Assembly (NCBI RefSeq): GCF_006345805.1
Contig: NC_042998.1
Coordinates: forward strand, 27,528,001 to 27,592,000
Length of the DNA: 64,000 nt
Direction of reading: 5' to 3'
Source: Octopus sinensis
Lineage: Eukaryota
Position numbers and translations under genes: made by a program. Below the pieces are notes generated by a model. The model made no database searches and had not been told where the DNA came from. It saw only the letters and a list, made by a program, of their open reading frames with translations. Below are positions 25,165 through 39,231 of the stretch, piece after piece (the stretch's first letter is position 1; each line of letters opens with the position of its first letter).

Positions 25165-26878
25165 ATACACGCGCGTTTCTTTAGCTGCTGTAAAGCTACG
25201 TTAGATTTACAGCTTCTGTAGCTTTAAAGCTAATGTAGGGCTTAGAGTTCCGTGCATGTCACTTATGAACATTATGTATGTATATCTGTTTGTATGTATG
25301 TGTATGTGTATGTGTGTGTGTGTGTGTAGAACTTGCAAGAGTTATTTCGAAGTAAAGGCTAGAGAATACGTCATATATAGTGAATTTTTTTTTATCATTC
25401 AAAATTCTGTCCTTGTCCTTTATCCAGGACATAAGCAGTATTGTTCTAGCTTGTTGCATCAACCTTTTCCCGTAGTCCACTACACAATGACGTATCTCTG
25501 ACAGATCTGAAAATCAATTACCAGCCGACACCTAAAGCCTAGACCGTAAAATATATATATTATTATGTCGACCAATGTTCTTCTGTGACTATAAAAGCCT
25601 TTATTCGAACAGCACGTGTAATTTACTGCTTTTAGATTTTTCAATATGACTTCTGACTCCGATAAGCTTTTAACTGTCGTAAAATGGCATCATTCTTTTG
25701 ACAGCAGGGTCTTGTGTTTCATGCGTTCTTTGATTTCGGGTACTTATTTACCATTTCTTTTGGTTCTTTTTTTCTCCCTTTTGCATTTTCGTTATTGATT
25801 TCATTAATGATGGAGAGAGATTTTTTTTTTTTCATTTTCTATCCATTTCTGTATATTTGCTTACCATATTATTTTTATGAGATTTGATATTCCTGCATGA
25901 GTTGATCCAGGGCAATATCCACTTTTCCTTGTAAAGATAATAGTTTTCGGATATATTACTTCATTTAACCTTCCGATATTGATCTTTGCGTTCATTTTCA
26001 TTAAGTCTGCGATGGCCAGGTTTACCTTTTTTTTCTTCTTTTATACTGTTTCTGCTATTTACAGGTTGAGTTTTATACTTGGAAGCTACTTTCGTTGATC
26101 CGTAGGAGGAAATTTTATTGAATTTCATTCCTCACGATTTCCTTAACAATTTCTTTTTGTTAAATTTTCACATTACATTTAATAGCTATGTGTTAGTTTT
26201 GTTTTGTCTTTGTTTGATTAATATTCTTCAGGTGTAATAGACCTTGGTTTTATCGAGTTTGTTCCTTACTTAATTTATTTTGCACGTGTAAGGTCTGTCC
26301 TCCGGGTTTACGCTTTCAAATGTTTTATATATTTTCTTCTTTTTATTCTTTGTTATTTCTTTTGTTATATATTTTTTATTTTGTTGGTTTCGAGATTGAA
26401 TTTTCTGAAGCAGTCTATACTGCGATATGGAGTTACGTTTATATCATGGCTAAAGTTACTTTTATATCAGGGATATTTTCTCTCTATATATTATGTAAAA
26501 AGATAACCGTAGCTTCTTTGGGTGGAGTGTAGCTGTAAAATATACATATAGACTTGCAGCGTATTCCTCTCGTCTCCATTTGTAACTTCATTGGCTTTAT
26601 TTGCGAGTCTTGCGGGTACAAGGTCCGGCTTTTTATTTAGACTGCCATAATTTTCGTTAAGGCTGAGGCTTATTTATTTCCAGCGATGTCCAGTTTTGCG
26701 CGTTCCCATGCGTCCAAGCTCAGCGTAAGAGTTTCTGTTTTGTTCTTGTGCTGAATAACACGGTTTTTATTTGTATTGCAATTTTTATGTGGATCCTGTA
26801 TTGATGCATCTTCTTTTTTCATTAACTTTGCTTACGCGTATTATCCGAAATTCGGCCCATAGGAACATTTATGAAATA

Positions 26879-27274
26879 TCTTTATATATAAAAGAGAGGT
26901 TGTGTGCCTGTCTCCTACGATTTAGATTCCTAACTACTCCCACATTTTGCGGTGCAGTTTAACCGAAACCGGGTATCTTATAGTCGTGATTCATATCGAG
27001 CCCTTCTGGGTATTAGCGCGCGTCTACGATGAGTCTACGATTAAAAAATAATTTACCATCATTTTTTCCATTTTAATGCATTTCTTTCGCTATTATATAA
27101 GGGAAGTAACTCTCTAAAAATGTCTACGATGAGTCAACGATTAAAAAAAAATTTACCATCATTTTCCCCCCATTTTTAATGCATTTTTTTGCTATTTTTT
27201 GGCTATAACTCTCTAAAAATGCTTATATAAATATTTCCCTTACCAACCCGAGCAACGCCGGGCGATACTGCTAG
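26879..27274 (+). mobile_element. Non-autonomous Helitron-type element, second subfamily
   Basis: A|TC start; same CCCGAGCAACGCCGGGCGATACTGCTAG|T end as 6659-7045 but a different body with an internal duplication. Confidence 0.8.
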
Positions 27275-27659
27275 TTAATTATACGAATTATAAATCAATG
27301 AATTTTACTAGTATTATTTGCAGTTTTCTTTCAAAATTTTAGCAATTTGTTTTCGATTTGAATCGTTATTTAATCAGTAGTAATGAATATTTTTTTGTAG
27401 CAGTTAAGAAGTGTCTCGTTAAATGTCTCCCGGTTTCATCATCATTATCGTCGTCGTTATTATCATTATTAAGGTTGCGTATTGGCAGAGTTGTTAGCGC
27501 GCCGCACAAAATGCTTAGCATCATTTCATCCGTGTTTACGTTCTGAGTTCATATTCCGCCGAGATCGACGTTGCCGTTAATCCTTTGGTTCTTATTTTCA
27601 AAATCACTGTTGAACTGCTGAAGACTGATTTTTTGGATTGCTGCTGTAATAGCTATTAA

Positions 27660-28400
27660 TTCTCTATGTAGAGTTTAAATTTGGCTGCAATTAGTTCTCA
27701 TAACATTGGACAATTACGCAAAGTGGGGGTCAGTATAGGAATTAGAAATGCTTCTGAAATAATAAATCAGATTGCAGGCTAAGTAAAGAGTTGAAAATAA
27801 CTACCGGTGTTAAGTATTGATGGGGAAACCAGTATCTGACATAAGCACACGAGGAAGATGGAAAAAACCATTTTAACATAGTCGTGAACAAGGCATTTAA
27901 GAGAAGAAATGCTCTGATAATTCCTGATCTCTAGAGGAAATGCAAGTGGCTGTACATGGAATATCTGATGAAGAAGAAGCAAGAGCTGTTAAGCAATTAA
28001 AAAAAAACTGGAAAGCATTCTGGATTTGATGGATCTGCGAGAGAAATGCTAAAATGAAATAATAAATGAGATCACGGGCGAAGTAAAGAGATCAAAAAGA
28101 CTAGTTGTGTTTAGTAATAACGGGGGGATGTAATAACATCTAATGTAAATGTTCAAGAAAGGTGGGAAGAACATTTTAATACTGTTATGAGCAAGACGTT
28201 TAATAGGAGAACTACTTTGATAATTCCAGAGCCATAAAAGGAGCTGGAAGTGGATGTGCATGAAATATCAACTGAAGAAATAGCAAGGGACCTTGAATAT
28301 TTATAAATCAGAAAAGATTCTGGATTAGATATTAATTAGGGAAAGTATTCTGTAGCATTTTCTGTACTGAACAGATAACTGATGATTAAAATATCGGTGT
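27660..28400 (+). mobile_element. RTE-like LINE remnant
   Basis: RWKNHF / RWEEHF and EE.ARAVKQLK..K.SG.DG motifs, present twice. Confidence 0.6.
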
Positions 28401-28495
28401 TGTGACTAGGATACTAAAAGAATGACTAGGATACCCTTTGGCGAGAACAGTGTCGGCCGGGAAGTTTAATTGAGGCGGTACATCTGTCAAACGGT

Positions 28496-28726
28496 CGAGC
28501 TGGCAGAAACGTTAGCACGCAGAAACGTTACATATGCGTAGCTGTATTTCGTCTGCCGTTACGTTCTGAGTTCAAATTTTGCCGAGGTCAACTTTGCCTT
28601 TCATCCTTTCGGGGTCGATAAATTAAGTACCAGTTACGTACTGGGGTCGATGTAATCGACTTAATCCGTTTGTCTGTCCTTGTTTGTCCCCTCTGTGTTT
28701 AGCCCCTTGTGGGTAGTAAAGAAATA
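28496..28726 (+). mobile_element. SINE family A with TSD
   Basis: 19-bp TSD GGTAC(A/G)TCTGTCAAACGGT at 28477-28495 and 28727-28745. Confidence 0.92.
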
Positions 28727-29117
28727 GGTACGTCTGTCAAACGGTAACGCAGGTGTCTCAAGGCGAACTCAGCGTGGACGGAAACCACACGTTTAGCAAA
28801 AGCTTGTTTGATCTCGATTTTCAGTACCAAAAGTGTGGCGGTTGGACAAATATAACCCTGGGCGACAAGATACAAACTGATCGCCTGATTTGAAGCTGAT
28901 CGCCAGATTTGAAACAAAAGTATCTTCGTAAAACTCAATTATACATGTGAGGAGGTATCAAAAGGGTCCCTTAGGTGAAAAATATAAGTACCTATCGGCC
29001 GCAGAAACCCGCGATATGCTGAGGAGTCCGCAATATAAATTTACATATATTAGCCGGAAAAATCCGCGATGTACTGAGTATGCGATAGGTGGACCGTGAT
29101 ATGGCGAGGGGTTACTT

Positions 29118-29164
<47 letters not shown>

Positions 29165-30224
29165 CCGTGTCAGCAACAAGCAATTGGTAAAGAACAAACG
29201 AACTTTAGGTTAGTTAAAATACGTTTGTAGCATATTCACTGTAGTTACTGAGGAGAAAAAAAATTCTCTCTTATGGTAAAAGGTGTGAAAGCACCATATC
29301 TGCTCAGTGCTTCCCTCTAGTGAATTCTCAGACAACGTGCGTTCCTGGCTCTTCAGCCTTTTCCAATGGGAAATGCTGAAGAGAGATAACTCTGGGCAGA
29401 TTTAAAAGCCGTTGTTTTATCTGAAAACAATCAGTATCAGTGACTGAGTTTCGTTCGTGGGCCACCTGGTCGGAATAAAAACAGCAACATCAGAATCAAT
29501 CAATGATGAAGAATGAACGAACTTTAGGAAAGTTGAAATATGTTTGCGACATATATTAACTTCTAAAGGCAAATTCACTGAAGTCCCCGTGGAGAAAAAA
29601 AAAATTCTCTCTTATGGTAAAAGGTGTAAAAAATATCATATCTGCCCAGTACTTTTTTTCTTTACGGTAATTGCTGTGAATTTGCGTTTAAAAATTAGGG
29701 AAGAAAATGAAACAGAAAAGTAGTTATGAAAAGTTAAAGATAAAAGATTAAGAAGTAGTTATGAGAATGAAAAATACAAACCAAAGAAAATATGGATAAG
29801 AATAAAATATAGTTATGATGTGTGATGGGATTGGGGAATAGGAAGCGAGGGAAAGGAGTACGAGTTTACGCATGAGTATTTCCTGCTTAGCAATTATACG
29901 CCAAGGCTGAAAGACAGCCAATATGTTTTAAAATATGGTCATGGAATGGTATTACTGATAATATATGGATACGTACGTCCGCCTTCACGCACATACACAC
30001 GCGTAGACTCACAAAAACACACGCACACTCACGCATTTATAGGAGCTATGGAGGTAATGAAATGAATAATGCAAACAGATGCAGCAGAAAAAATATGGCG
30101 AGATGGCGACGTTAAAAAATGAGTAAACACAGAATGTCGTTTGTAGGATTACAGTTTTAAGAGATTTCGTTATGGAAGTGTGAAAATATACTGATATGAA
30201 ACGACTATAAAATATGTCAATTTG

Positions 30225-30275
<51 letters not shown>

Positions 30276-30971
30276 ACAACGAAGGGAAAAACCTACATTC
30301 CATAAATTTCATCCAGACAAATTATTTTCCGCCATAAAAAAAATGCTTCAATCACAAAATATCTAATTAATATCTTAAAGGGAAAAATTTGACAAGTCAG
30401 TCAGTCACCGGCTGACACTCGCTGACGATACATCGAAGAGGCCAGGGAACAGAAGAAAGAAGACACCTCCGAAAGGGGGGGGGGCGCCACGTCAAAACGG
30501 TAGAGGAGTAGGGCGCGAAACCGGACGTGGTTCCTCCTGATGATGTCTCGAGCTAACTGGATCCTATAAAGGAGCTGTTGTGGTAGCAGACCACGGAACA
30601 CGGTTGTAATTCCTCCTATGTCAGGTTATGTTATGCTGATGGTTTCGAAGAAGGATGACATACTGCTATACATGATTACCACTGACTGAAAGTTCAAAGG
30701 ACGTCGTAATGAGTAAACCAAAAAGAAGTGTATTCTATGCATCTGTTTCTTTATTCTTTAACTTCAAACTTGGAATCGTGCTAAATATTTCGGTTTTTGA
30801 TATGGTAATGTTTCCATAACGTTATGCATTTACACCCAACAAACGAAGCTTCATAATCTCCTACACGAGGCTTCCAGTTTACTAATCTTGACGCCATCAA
30901 CTTGGCATTTTCTATCGTATTTATGTTGTTCATTTCTATATATCAATACACTTCTTTTAACACACGTGTGC

Positions 30972-31002
<31 letters not shown>

Positions 31003-31386
31003 GTGTGTGAGTGTGCCTAAGCAAGAATGTATAGATTCGTATGAATATAGTAGAATCCTTTTTGACCTCAACGAAGAGAACACATAGTAAGCAGGGTTTA
31101 ACATGGAAAATCGAGCAGCTTGGGCAAACACTCTGAGCTGGCGGCCCCGAATCAGAGAAGTAACAGTACACATCTCAGTTTCTGAGCAGAGTCGTTAACT
31201 GGTAACGAAATCTGACCAATGACAACCCATCATCCTGCAAAGCATCCTGGCACTAATGGAGTTCAGATGGCTCCTAAGGGAACCGGAAAGTGTTCATGTT
31301 TCAGAACTATAGAATAAGACGGAGGAACAGATACCTAAAGATCTCAACCTTTGTCCTCTTGCTCAGGTAACCAATCAATGATGTCT

Positions 31387-31660
31387 ATTGAGGTGAATAC
31401 AATTTCTGCCGTAACAATTTTTGACGGTGTCATAACAATGTGTCACTGTTATTTATGACATATTTCATATCAGTTACGTTGAAATTGCCGAAATGCAAGA
31501 AGTTAAACAACAAATAGCTTACAAACTACAGAATTTTCTCAAGAAAGCCATGAGAAAAAGATGTTTTATATTCACATTCTACCAGTATACGAAGTTTAAA
31601 AGTGTTTAGTTACAAAGAATTTATTTTAAAAATCTGCCGGTCAAAGCGAAAAGATCCCCG
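31387..31660. mobile_element. MITE, partial copy
   Basis: Homologous to 40684-40920; retains the right TIR AAAATCTGCCGGTCAAAG...AAGATCCC. Confidence 0.7.
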
Positions 31661-31689
31661 GCAGCACCAAACATCTTTGTCTAATAAGT

Positions 31690-31950
31690 TTACAACAGCG
31701 CCAGTCTTTTTAGGACTTCAGACTCGCAGCTAATGTCGCTATGAACCTCACAGCCGAGGTACGTGAAGCGGTGAACAACTTCGACATTCGTCAGGGTTGA
31801 CGGCTTGTGTTGGTCGACCACTTCCATACGAGGGGGTAACTAGCAGATATGGGTATTGACTGGGACTCTGCTGAACAGGTCGCCTGGGAGGACCTGGCAA
31901 TATGCCGACAAATGGTGAATACAGCAACTCGCTGCAACAGCGCATGCTCC
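31690..31950 (-). mobile_element. RTE LINE remnant, post-RT region
   Basis: Alternative frame reads VEVVHRFTYLGCEVHSD...EVLKRL (FxYLG motif). Confidence 0.65.
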
Positions 31951-32459
31951 CAGGCTTAACCTAACCTAACCTAACCTGACCTGACCTGACCTGCTTGATG
32001 ACCTTTCCACGACTACATTTTTAAAACATGTTGTCTTTCACTCTTGGCTTACGATCGCTAAGCAATAAATGCGCATGCGTAAGTCCCCTCCTCTTCTCTA
32101 TTCTCCTCTCCTCAAACTCACCGCACGCCATAACCATGTCTATTCTTATATATTCCATCCTTTATTTCATATCGCCATAACTATTATTTCTTTATCTTTT
32201 GCCTTTTATATGTATTTCCACTTCCTTAATATTCATAATTTCTTAGTTTTTAAAAAAAATTATTCACCTGCCAATAACAAAGAGAGAGGGGGGAGAGCGA
32301 GAGAGAGGAGAGAGAGAGAAGGTGATTGAGAGAGAGAGAATTTTAACGTATCAGCATGTGGTCCTTCATTTGAAGAAAAAAAAAGCTCAGGAAAATAAGA
32401 AAGAAAAAAGCCTCATTGAAAAGAGAGACTAAGAGGAGGAAAAGAGCGATAGGTTTTAT

Positions 32460-32466
32460 TATATAT

Positions 32467-32509
<43 letters not shown>

Positions 32510-32572
32510 TATATTATATATTATATATATATATATACATACATATACATACAAAACATTCACACATATATG

Positions 32573-32608
<36 letters not shown>

Positions 32609-32686
32609 ATAGTTTATATATATATATATATTTATATAAGACATACATAATACATACCAAACATTCACACATATAGGTATGTATAG

Positions 32687-32718
<32 letters not shown>

Positions 32719-32777
32719 TATATATATAATATTAATATAATTATACATAATATACATACAACATTCACACATATATG

Positions 32778-32833
<56 letters not shown>

Positions 32834-33284
32834 ATATTATATATATAATAAATACATATAACATACAAACATTCACACATATATGTGTATATAATATATA
32901 TAATATTATTATTAATAATATATATATATATCTATATATATATATATTATAATATATATAATACATATACATACAAACATTCACACATATATGTTATATA
33001 TATAGTATATATATATTTATATATATATACATACATATACATACAAACATTCACACATATATGTATATATATATATATCTATATATTATATATTATATAT
33101 ATATATTATATTATATATATATATATATTATATATATAATACATACATATACATACAAACATTCACACATATATGTATATAATATATATATATGTGTATA
33201 TATATATGTATATATATATATATATATATATTATGATATATATATATACATACATATACATACAAAACATTCACACATATAGAT

Positions 33285-33315
<31 letters not shown>

Positions 33316-33387
33316 GTATATATATATTATATATATATAATTATATATATATATACATACATACATAAAAACATTCACACATATATG

Positions 33388-33463
<76 letters not shown>

Positions 33464-33492
33464 ACATACATATACATACAAACATTCACACA

Positions 33493-33534
<42 letters not shown>

Positions 33535-33545
33535 CATACAAACAG
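32460..33545. repeat. Compound minisatellite: ten ACATTCACACATAT anchors separated by variable (TA)n
   Basis: Anchor recurs about every 70-115 bp from 32551 to 33480. Confidence 0.9.
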
Positions 33546-33927
33546 ACGTACATACGTAGTTACATAAATTGATTTAACATACACATTCACATATATCACT
33601 AAATGACATTTATTGCAACTATATCGCATATATTATGTCTCTGCTTGTCTCCATGCATACATACATACATACATACATACATACATAAGTATATATGTAT
33701 ATATATATATATATATTTTTTTTTTCCACATTAAAAGCATAACCCTTGGGTTTTATCTTCCTATTGTGTGACATGATGGAGTTAACCTGGTGTTGGTCGT
33801 TGCTCTATACTCTGATAAATATTAACTAACAGTTATAAGGAGTCGTTGACGTCAGCACAGGCTTAGCATACCGGGAACTTACCACCGCTGTGTGACGCCA
33901 CCAAACCACACACACACACACACACAC

Positions 33928-33968
<41 letters not shown>

Positions 33969-34299
33969 TCATACAAAGGTCCGCCCATACACGCACGTAT
34001 ATAAATAAGCCCACACTCATACATACAAATTGCGAACACACACACGCACACCTACATTGCGTACGAAGGTATATGTGAAAATAAGATAAATTTGATAGGC
34101 TTTGCTCGAGTTGGGGAATTGGAGGAAAGGCATCAACTCTCATGTTGATAAAAACACGACACCTACACACCTGCATACATACAGATACACGTAGACATTC
34201 ATACACACATGCAAGCATTACATACACGCACATACACATATATACATACGAATAACCACGTATACGCACATTCATGCGTATTACGTAAAATAGATTATA

Positions 34300-34512
34300 A
34301 TAGAAAATAATATATATATATATATACATATACATTTTATATATATATATATATATATCTATATATATATAAAATATTGTATATATATATATATACATAC
34401 ATATACATTTTATATATATATCTATATAATTATACATATCTTATATATAAAATGTATATGTTACATATATATATATATATACATATAATTTTATATATAT
34501 CCTATATATTAT

Positions 34513-34550
<38 letters not shown>

Positions 34551-34635
34551 ATATGTATATATATATATATTATATACATATACATATAATTTATATATAT
34601 ATATATACATATACATATACATTTTATATATATAT

Positions 34636-34666
<31 letters not shown>

Positions 34667-34716
34667 CATTACATTTTATACATATATATATATATATATT
34701 ATATATATATATATAT

Positions 34717-34759
<43 letters not shown>

Positions 34760-34945
34760 CATTATATCTACACCAATATATATATATACATATAACATTA
34801 TATAACAAATATATATATATATACATATACATTATCTATACATTATATATATATACATTATATACATATATATTACATTATATAAATATATATTATATAT
34901 ATATATACTATAAATTATATATACAATATATATACAATTATATAT

Positions 34946-34976
<31 letters not shown>

Positions 34977-34999
34977 TAACACATATACATACATACAAC

Positions 35000-35042
<43 letters not shown>

Positions 35043-35045
35043 CAT
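34300..35045. repeat. Degenerate (TA)n/(TACA)n microsatellite field
   Basis: Direct reading. Confidence 0.9.
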
Positions 35046-35454
35046 ATATAAACGAGTGAATATTACCTCGGAAATGACAGCATAAACATTTTGGATTATT
35101 TCGATGGGAAGAAGAACGATAAAACATTTCAGCAAACAGCCTGATGTGGTTGTATGAGAGAGATTTGTGCAGAGAAAAATCACATTCTAAGTGTATATAG
35201 ATATCTTATATGAAATAGATAAATAAATTACAAGTTGACCTGAAATGAATATTTCTTAAGGAACCACTTATTTTGGTGAATAAAAATCATTGATTTGGAA
35301 AGGGAATACTGCTGGCCTTCTGCTAAATGGTATTGAATGTGTCAGAGTGGATTTTGATTTAGGGTTAAGCGCACAGCGATTCTCATTTACATATAGAGTA
35401 ATGGAGTAAATGTGAATATATCAGATTGAAAGCTGGATTGGATAGATGCAGAAT

Positions 35455-35607
35455 GTATGTATGTATGTATATCTATCTATCTATCTATCTATCTATCTAC
35501 TATCTATATCTATCTATCTATCTATCTATCTATCGATCTATCTATCTATCTATCTATCTCTATCTATCTATATCTATCTATCTATCTTCTATCTATCTAT
35601 CTTCAAC

Positions 35608-35639
<32 letters not shown>

Positions 35640-35646
35640 TATCATA

Positions 35647-35677
<31 letters not shown>

Positions 35678-35705
35678 ATCTATCTAGCTATCTATCTATC
35701 TATAT
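35455..35705. repeat. (TATC)n microsatellite
   Basis: Direct reading; other (TATC)n tracts at 22296-22365 and 37210-37308. Confidence 0.95.
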
Positions 35706-35840
35706 GGCTGGAAAGATCGAGAGAAGGATGGATAGATATATAGATACTGATAGATTCATAATCGATAAATAAAAGCATGGATAGAACAAGGTTAGAGATA
35801 AGTTAGGAATTATATGAATAGCTAGACAGGTAACTAGATA

Positions 35841-35877
<37 letters not shown>

Positions 35878-36213
35878 TATATATATATATATAGGGAGAG
35901 TTACGAAAAAAACAAAAGACGAAGACAAGTGTATACAAAACAAACAGGTGTATTAGTTAACACTCAGGAATGGAAAAAGTCTTTTACGTTTCGAGCCTAC
36001 GCTCTTCTACAGAAAGGGACACAGAAAAAACAAGGAGAGAAATAAAATAATATATTTAATATATTATTTTATTTATACTATATATATATATATAGAAAAT
36101 AGTAAAAAGTGAAAAAACTACAGAAGGCTTGTTTTAAAAGGTTAAAAATATATATTTGAGTCAATATGTCTGAAGAATATTATAAATTTTTTTCTTACAA
36201 TGACATAGTTTAG

Positions 36214-36252
36214 AAGAAAGACCGGTTTCGCGTTTAGCTTTTCAAATTTCTT
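36214..36252 (-). ncRNA. Minimal type I hammerhead variant (U3/A8)
   Basis: AAGAAA-T-TTGAAAA-GC-TAAAC-GC-GAAA-CCGG-TC-TTTCTT. Confidence 0.5.
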
Positions 36253-36391
36253 ACGTCGTTATGTTTATGTTGAGAAGAGTTATCGTTATGTTTATGTTGT
36301 AAAGAGTTCTAGATAAGGGGAGGTAATGAGTGATTTTTTACTATTTTCTATATATTCAACACCGTGATTTCACAAACCAACTTTTATATAT

Positions 36392-36425
<34 letters not shown>

Positions 36426-36840
36426 ATATATATAATATATATAGTATAATAAAATAATATATTAAATATATATAATATAGGTGGCCCTTTAGTAATTAAA
36501 ACCGAAAGGCAAATTAATAGACAAGGGTACAAAAATATAGTACCAGCATTGCTAGAAATAAGAGACAAAAGCGATTCGAAAGCCACACAAAGCACTAAAT
36601 TCATTAAATTGACGAAAAGCAACTAGCGAACAAAAGCACCTTTCTATGGTGAGATCAGCTCACAAAATGAAGTAAACACGAGGCGAGCTACCCTCTTTTA
36701 ATCAGGAGTATCGGCAAGATCCACTGATGAGATCAGTATCATAGTTCGAAATCACGTGATATGGATATATCTGTTTAACGTATTTAAGGTTGTCGCAGTC
36801 AGATGACTGAAACAAGTAGAAGAATAAAAAATATATATTT

Positions 36841-37209
36841 AGGCGCTGGCGTGACTGTGTGATAAGAAGTTTGCTTCGCAACCACATGGTTCCGGGTTCA
36901 ATCCTACTATAGACTCTGGCCGACCGAGGCCTTGTGAGTGGGTTTGGTTGACGGAAACTGAAAGAACCCCGTCGTATGTATATCTGTCTATATGCGTGTC
37001 ATTGTGTTTGCCTGCCATCGACCGCTTGACAACCGGTGATGGCGCGTTAACTTCCTCATAAGAACTTATCGGTCCGGCAAAAGGGATCGATAGAATAAGT
37101 TCTACGCTTTAAATAAATAATTACTGGGATCGATTCGCTCGACTAAAATGCTTTAAGACAGTGCTCCAGCATGGCTGTAGTATAATAACTGAAATTAAAA
37201 GATAACAGA

Positions 37210-37308
<99 letters not shown>

Positions 37309-37697
37309 ATAGTAGGCGCATGCGTGGCTGTGTTGTATGAAGCTTGCTTCCCAATCACATGGTCCCTGGTTCAGTTCCACTATTTGACACCTTGGGCGAG
37401 TGTCTTCTACTGTAACCTCAGGCCAGCCAAGCCTTGTGAATGGATTTGGTAGACGGAAACTGAAAGAAGCCCATCGTATAATATATATGTATGTTTGCAT
37501 GTCTGTGTTTGTCTTCTCACTATCGCTTGACAACCGATGTTGGTGTATTTACGTCCCCGTAACTTAGCGGTTCGGCCAAAGCGACCGATAGAATAAGTAC
37601 TAGGCTGCAAAGAATAAAAGTCCTGGGGTCAATTTGTTTGACTAAAAGGCGGTACTCCAGCATGGCCGCAGTCAAATGACTGGAACAAGTAAAAGAG
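36841..37697 (+). mobile_element. Two consecutive SINE family B copies
   Basis: 36841-37200 and 37314-37697, separated by (TATC)n. Confidence 0.85.
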
Positions 37698-37714
37698 TAT
37701 ACATGTGGTGTGGG

Positions 37715-37764
<50 letters not shown>

Positions 37765-38439
37765 CGATGTCAAATTCAAAGAGTAAAATAGACACAAGTA
37801 GATATATAAATAGATATGCGGAGAGATAAACCAATAGAAAGATGGCATGATAGATATATAAATACAAATTGATAGGAAAATATATAAGAATGGTTCGGGA
37901 CGTCGATAAATAGATGGACAGAAGAAGGAAGAAAAGATTGATTGATAGCAACAGAGTGAGAAGGAGAAAAATTTGGATTTAAGATTCAAGTCATTTCGTT
38001 TGGAAGTATGCCAAGTATCATTTATGTTTTGTTTTTTTACACAGGAACTAAGAGTTTGGTTCTAAAGGAATTTTGGACGGCTTCGGTTTTGATGGAATGT
38101 TTTACAAACCGAAGAAGAAACGGTAGAAGAAATTGCAAGAAAACAAAAGAAAAGCCTAAAAGAGAATAAATATGGTCGAAGTTGTAGAGTGCAGCAGTAG
38201 CAGTAGTGATGGTGATAGTAGTAGTAGTAGTTGTAGGGAGAAGAAGAAGGAAAAAAAAAGAAAGTAAAGAAAGCTGAGGAGAATAAGAATAAGAAGAATG
38301 ATAAAAATAATAAGAAGGAAAAAAATTGTTGTTTAACAGTTTGTCCAATTATATGATTGCTGTTCCAAATAATGAGATTAAAAAAAATATCTCTCATAAA
38401 CCAATAATGCCTTGGAGAGCTGACAAAAGACACGAGTTC

Positions 38440-38800
38440 AATCTTTACATTAAAGATGGCAGTACGACCTAATCGATAATCTTACACTTTTGATTTGATT
38501 CCTATACTGATTATTGATAGTGACGTCCTTTGTATTGACAGAAGACAGTGCAGACCCCTGTAATAGGTGTGTTTTCTTCTTGATAATTATTAATTTCCTT
38601 TGCACGAAGACTAAGATAAGCGGGCTTCTTTGTTAGAGTTTAGACACCAACAAATATTTGAGTTCATGAATGTCAATAAGAAGAATGTATGCAATCACAG
38701 ATGTATACGTCCCCTGAAAAGATTCTCTCCGAATTGACAACTTCTACAATGATCCGCACAGACACATCATTTCCCTGATTCACTAAATCTGCAGCACACG
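38440..38800 (-). mobile_element. Possible Gypsy-type retropepsin remnant
   Basis: Frameshifted LRAKEIN...PITGVCTVFCQYKG resembles the C-terminal half of Gypsy proteases; catalytic D-S/T-G not retained. Confidence 0.3.
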
Positions 38801-39231
38801 AGGAAAGAATTTTTCGTTCTTTTAATGAGAACCTAAACTTATATATACTTGACTATTCTTTTATTCTTTTTGCACTTTTATTGGTCTCACACTCTAAACT
38901 GTACATATATTAAGGCAACGGCGTCAATGGCTTTTAGTGGATTAACTTGGTTTAACAATACTTTCTCTGTTACTTATTTTATCGATCTATTTTGGCGTAA
39001 AAGGACGACATCCGGACTTTCTTCAGCTATCCCCAACACACACACATAGCAAATGAAAGACGGAAGTTGGAATATACGAGAATTTGTTAATCATGACAAT
39101 TGTTTCGACACATCTGGCATCGATTTCTCATCTTCCGTTTTCATTTGCCATATACGTAATGATCACTGTGAAAGTGGCCATGCTTTACCAGTAAGCTACC
39201 AGGCGTAAACCATTCTAGTGGACTTTCTTCT

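Noticed and set aside
25540-26780. Purine-biased stretches here and at 4000-4740 resembling LINE N-terminal coding sequence
   Set aside because: Probably decayed retrotransposon, but no diagnostic motif could be read with confidence.
30516-30552. GAAACC...GGTT-CCTC-CTGATGA, a type II hammerhead-like order
   Set aside because: Only 4 nt are available for stem I, and stem II does not close.
31957-32084. (CCTAA)/(CCTGA) repeats and an ATG...|GTAAGT mini-exon (32028-32078) overlapping GCGCATGCG
   Set aside because: Only three CCTAA units, too short for a telomeric relic. The 17-codon exon has no homology support and could be chance.
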